Origin: Actinomycetota bacterium
GTDB taxonomy: Bacteria > Actinomycetota > Acidimicrobiia > Acidimicrobiales > Aldehydirespiratoraceae
DNA: 64,000 bases
Reading direction: 5' to 3'
NCBI GenBank assembly: GCA_039188975.1
Contig: JBCCYT010000001.1
Location: forward strand, 13,130-77,129
In this document: piece by piece, positions 60,971 to 64,000 of the stretch
Layout of the letters: each line of letters begins with the position of its first letter
Position numbering within the stretch: position 1 is the first letter of the stretch
The notes under the pieces: generated by a model
What the model was told of the DNA's origin: nothing
The model's input: the letters and a program-made list of their open reading frames with translations, nothing else
Databases searched by the model: none
Position numbers and translations under genes: made by a program

Positions 60971-62398
60971 GTGGCACGCAGGCTAGACATCGAACTCACC
61001 TCCGACCGCGGCGACGGGCAATGGACCTGGCGCGCAGCGGGGGCCAAGCAGCCCAAGGGCACGCTCGACGGAGGCCTGCTTCCTGCTGGTGCTGCCATCG
61101 GTGACGTCTTGAAAGTCGAGGCCGACGCGGACCTCGACGGGCTCACGATCACCACCGTGTTTGCGCCCAAAGGGCCGCGGAAAGAAGCCGAGAAGCTGCA
61201 GCTTCTCGGCAGCGGCCGAGACGAGCCGCTCGTCACGCAGGTGCTCGCGCCAAAGGGCCGCGGTCGGGGCCGCGATGGCGACGACCGAGGCCGCGGTCGC
61301 GGTCGAGGCCGCGATGGTGACGACCGGGGTCGTGGTCGGGGCCGAGGTGGCCGCGATGGCGAGAACCGTGGTCGGGGTAACGACCGAGGCCGCGGCAACG
61401 AACGGGGTCGAGGCAACGACCGTCCCCGTCGTGAACGTCCGAAGCCGCCGGCTCGGCCCAAGGCGCCGCGTTTGCGGCCGGGCCGCACCCATCGGCAGGC
61501 CGCGCTCAAGGCGCTGCCAGCCAACCAGCATCAGTTGGCCGAAGAGGTCTTCAAAGGTGGCGTGCCCGGTGTTCGCCAGGCCATCGACCGCATGAACGAC
61601 AAGGCGACCGCGGAAGGTATGCCCAAGATCAAGCGCGACCCGCTGATCGCGCTTGCCGAGAAGCTGGCGCCGAGCCTCAAGGCTGCGGAGTGGCGCGACC
61701 GGGCCGAGGCCGCAGTTGCCGGAATCGACACGATCGACCTGCGCGACATTCGTTCCGTGGTAGCTGCCTCCGACAGCGCGGCCCGCGACGACGAGAGCCG
61801 GGCGCTCGCCGACCAGCTCCGTGAGGGCCTGCTCAACCGTACCGAGGCCGAGCACCGAGCCTGGCGTGACGAACTCGCCCAGACGATCGCCGAGGGCCGC
61901 ACGGTCCGCGCATTGCGGCTCAGCTCTCGCCCGCCCAAGGCCGGTGCCCCGCTTCCTCCCGACATGGCGGAACGGCTTGCGGCTGCGGCATCGGAATCGC
62001 TGACCGCCGACGTCACGTCTGACCGCTGGGCCACCGTGGTCGACGCAGTGGCGTTCTCGCCGGTGCGGACGCAGGTCACCGCCCAGGGCATTCCTGCCAA
62101 CCCGAGCGACGACCTCACCAAGGCCATGCGCAAGCTTGCCGGGCGGGTCCCACAGCTTGCGGCCCTGTTCGGAATCGAAGCGCCAGCGGGCGGCCGCGGC
62201 AAGGGACGGGGCAAAGGCAAGCCGACCCCGCCGCCTCCCCCGCCTGCCGCTCCCGCTCCGGCCGTCGCAACAGCACCTGAGTCTGAGCCGGCGCCGCCCG
62301 CTGACGCGGCGCCCGTGCCCGAACCGGCGGAAGCGGTCGCACCCGCCCCGGAGGCGGCAGCGGCTCCCGAGCCCGCTGCGACCGCCGAAGAGGAGTGA
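60971..62398 (+). CDS. hypothetical protein with a central RG/RGG-type repeat and a Pro/Ala-rich tail
   Basis: ORF 60881-62398. GTG 60971 (VARRLDIELTSDRGDGQWTW) is the preferred start. Globular N-terminal segment, roughly 70-aa (D/N)(D/E)RGRGRG repeat region, helical middle, and a C-terminal PPPPPPAAPAPA...AAAPEPAATAEEE tail. Confidence 0.65.
   Translation: MARRLDIELTSDRGDGQWTWRAAGAKQPKGTLDGGLLPAGAAIGDVLKVEADADLDGLTITTVFAPKGPRKEAEKLQLLGSGRDEPLVTQVLAPKGRGRGRDGDDRGRGRGRGRDGDDRGRGRGRGGRDGENRGRGNDRGRGNERGRGNDRPRRERPKPPARPKAPRLRPGRTHRQAALKALPANQHQLAEEVFKGGVPGVRQAIDRMNDKATAEGMPKIKRDPLIALAEKLAPSLKAAEWRDRAEAAVAGIDTIDLRDIRSVVAASDSAARDDESRALADQLREGLLNRTEAEHRAWRDELAQTIAEGRTVRALRLSSRPPKAGAPLPPDMAERLAAAASESLTADVTSDRWATVVDAVAFSPVRTQVTAQGIPANPSDDLTKAMRKLAGRVPQLAALFGIEAPAGGRGKGRGKGKPTPPPPPPAAPAPAVATAPESEPAPPADAAPVPEPAEAVAPAPEAAAAPEPAATAEEE
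61252..61440 (+). repeat. imperfect nucleotide repeats encoding the RGRG/DGDDRGRG low-complexity region
   Basis: ggccgcggtcggggccgcgatggcgacgaccgaggccgcggtcgcggtcgaggccgcgatggtgacgac... encodes GRGRGRDGDDRGRGRGRGRDGDDRGRGRGRGGRDGENRGRGNDRGRGNERGRGND. Confidence 0.9.
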
Positions 62399-63156
62399 TT
62401 CGCTTCGACGTCGATGGGCGGGTCGGCATTATCCGGCTCGACCGGGTCGAAGCCCGCAACGCCATCAATCCGGCAATGGCCGAGGCCATCGAGGCTGCCA
62501 TCGACCGGCTCGAGGCCGATGACGACCTCTGGTGCGGCGTGCTCACCCACGAGGGGCCGGTCTTTTGTGCCGGAGCAGACCTCAAGGAGGTCGCCGCTGG
62601 TAATGGCGGAAAGCTCGGCACTCAGCGGGGTGGCTTTGGCGGCATCGTCCTCCGTGAACGGGTCAAGCCGTTGATCGCGGCCGTCGACGGTCATGCTGTC
62701 GCCGGCGGTACGGAGATCGCATTGGCCTGTGACCTGCGGGTCGCCAGCGCGACCTCAGTCTTTGGAATCCCCGAGGTCAAGAGGTCGTTGGTCGCCGCGG
62801 CGGGCGGGTTGAACCGCCTTCCTCGTGTCCTTCCTCCGGCGATTGCGATGGAGCTGGCGCTCACGGGCGACACCATCTCCGCGGAACGGGCCCACCATTT
62901 CGGCATGATCAATGCGATCTGCGAACCGGGCGCAGCGGTGGACGCGGCGCTGGCCATGGCGGCTCGTATCAACGCCAACGCGCCGCTTGCCGTTCGGGCC
63001 TCCCGGCAGCTCGTGCTCGACGCGCCGTCGCTCGATGACCGCGAAGGGATGCGGCGGGCGTCTGCTGCGATCGGTGACTTGGCCGGCACCGCCGATTTCG
63101 CGGAAGGCCCCCGAGCCTTCATCGAGAAGCGGGCGCCGGAATGGACTGGTCGCTGA
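62395..63156 (+). CDS. enoyl-CoA hydratase/isomerase (crotonase) family protein
   Basis: ORF 62395-63156. GTG overlaps the upstream stop (GTGA). Motifs VLTHEGPVFCAGADL and AAVDGHAVAGGTEIAL. Confidence 0.88.
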   Translation: MIRFDVDGRVGIIRLDRVEARNAINPAMAEAIEAAIDRLEADDDLWCGVLTHEGPVFCAGADLKEVAAGNGGKLGTQRGGFGGIVLRERVKPLIAAVDGHAVAGGTEIALACDLRVASATSVFGIPEVKRSLVAAAGGLNRLPRVLPPAIAMELALTGDTISAERAHHFGMINAICEPGAAVDAALAMAARINANAPLAVRASRQLVLDAPSLDDREGMRRASAAIGDLAGTADFAEGPRAFIEKRAPEWTGR

Positions 63157-63552
63157 TCATCTGAGGCCGTGCCCGGCGAGAAACTCCCCGAGGCCGGCAA
63201 CCAGCTCCCACTCCCCGAGTTCGGCCATTGGAACCCAGGCGACCGCGGCCGCATCGTCGCCTGCCACCGGTTCGCGTGATGAGGGAACCGCGCACGCAAA
63301 GTCGACGATGGCGAAGTGGAACGAGTCGCTCCGCCGCTCTACAACGCCAACGAGCTCACCCACGTCGCACGGCAGACCAACCTCTTCGAGTACCTCGCGC
63401 TGAACTGCGTCACGCAACGATTCGCCCGGTTCGACCCGACCGCCGGGTACCGACCATCGACCGACCTCGGGGTCATGGCCCCGTTGCACCAGCAGGAGTT
63501 CGTCACCGCGCCGGATCACCGCTCCGACGGCGACCACGACCGGTGACGTCAC
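63157..63552 (-). CDS. NUDIX hydrolase
   Basis: ORF 63157-63552. Nudix box GGRVEPGESLRDAVQREVLEEVGL. Confidence 0.88.
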   Translation of the reverse strand: MTSPVVVAVGAVIRRGDELLLVQRGHDPEVGRWSVPGGRVEPGESLRDAVQREVLEEVGLPCDVGELVGVVERRSDSFHFAIVDFACAVPSSREPVAGDDAAAVAWVPMAELGEWELVAGLGEFLAGHGLR

Positions 63553-63968
63553 GGCTCGAGGGAGCGGTGGACCTCGATTGCTCGAGCGACGAGCCCAAAT
63601 GTCTCGAAGAAGTTCTTGGTGTCACGATCGCCCGGCAGCGCCAACGAATCGAGGCCGGCCAGCTGTCGCTCGCGTGCCCAGCCCTCGATGGCGAGAATCA
63701 TGGCCTCCCCTACGCCTACCTTGCGGGCGTCGGGAAGCACGTAGAGGTCGGTGATGCGGGCGATTGCCGAGCCGTCGTGCATCGGCTGCGTGTGGACCGC
63801 GGCGTAGCCAACTGGCGCCTCGTCGATCGTGCCGACCAGCACCTCGGCATCAGGCGCGGCTACCTCGGCGGCCAGACCATCACGAACGGGCCGTCGTCTG
63901 CCGTCGGTGTTGGCCCACACCGCTCCCCCGCGCCGAGGCTCGAGCTCATCGATCGCAGCGTCGGCCAT
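63549..63968 (-). CDS. GNAT family N-acetyltransferase (the start may lie beyond the window edge)
   Basis: ORF 63549-63968. Acetyl-CoA motif ARKVGVGEAMI. 4-nt overlap with the NUDIX start. The frame stays open upstream of ATG 63968 to nt 64000 (…TLDELELIAAMADA), so the true start is uncertain. Confidence 0.75.
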   Translation of the reverse strand: MADAAIDELEPRRGGAVWANTDGRRRPVRDGLAAEVAAPDAEVLVGTIDEAPVGYAAVHTQPMHDGSAIARITDLYVLPDARKVGVGEAMILAIEGWARERQLAGLDSLALPGDRDTKNFFETFGLVARAIEVHRSLEP

Positions 63969-64000
63969 CGCCGCGATCAGCTCCAGCTCATCGAGGGTCG

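Noticed and set aside
1-64000. Search for mobile elements, prophage, defence islands, toxin-antitoxin pairs, tRNA/rRNA genes
   Set aside because: No integrase, transposase, recombinase, phage structural, restriction, Cas, nuclease-helicase or typical TA proteins were recognised in any frame. No terminal inverted repeats or tRNA-like T-arm (GGTTCGAATCC-type) sequences were found by eye. A computational scan (tRNAscan, ISfinder, defence-system HMMs) would be needed to exclude them formally.

Overview
Dense, clearly high-GC, actinobacterium-like chromosomal segment with about 75 protein genes and very little non-coding DNA. Start/stop overlaps of 1-4 nt are common, as are GTG/TTG starts (GC content was not computed). 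Most of the content is core metabolism. Reading left to right: purF(3' end)-purD-purM-purN-menA; an IMPase-family gene; a DeoR regulator plus a mannitol-dehydrogenase-family gene, divergent from a 4-gene sugar/polyol ABC importer; menG-VOC-hypothetical and rlmN/mshD-like blocks. Next is a his-trp supra-operon (hisD-C-B-H-A-F ... hisI-trpE-ygfZ-like ... trpC-F-B-A) broken by two accessory insertions. The first insertion holds an alpha/beta hydrolase, an orphan GroES-like gene, a hypothetical and an amidase. The second holds a two-component system, a J-domain membrane protein and an ABM-like protein. Further right: two pyridine-nucleotide-disulfide oxidoreductases, an ECF sigma/anti-sigma pair, two crotonases, ppc, an odd oppD/oppF-like ATPase-alkB-enolase-superfamily-gluconokinase operon, and an MBOAT + SGNH acyltransferase pair. 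The window ends with yqgE/algH, thiD, a minimal SET-domain gene, an rlmI-like gene, a tandem SnoaL-type protein with an AraC regulator, and an RG-repeat/Pro-Ala-rich protein. I found no rRNA, tRNA, CRISPR array, transposase/integrase, prophage or recognisable defence/toxin system. Several things are not explained by ordinary annotation. (1) An orphan promoter-hairpins-terminator unit (candidate sRNA) at about 16.78-16.90 kb. (2) Three tandem 30-bp hairpin repeats that re-copy the last codons of the GroES-like gene (23.32-23.41 kb). (3) A 15-bp x6 in-frame repeat in the ygfZ-like gene. (4) ABC ATPases with no permease. (5) Short direct/inverted repeat sets in divergent promoter regions. (6) A bacterial RGG-type low-complexity protein. 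None of these amounts to a demonstrable new multi-gene system from sequence alone, and the interest scores reflect that.
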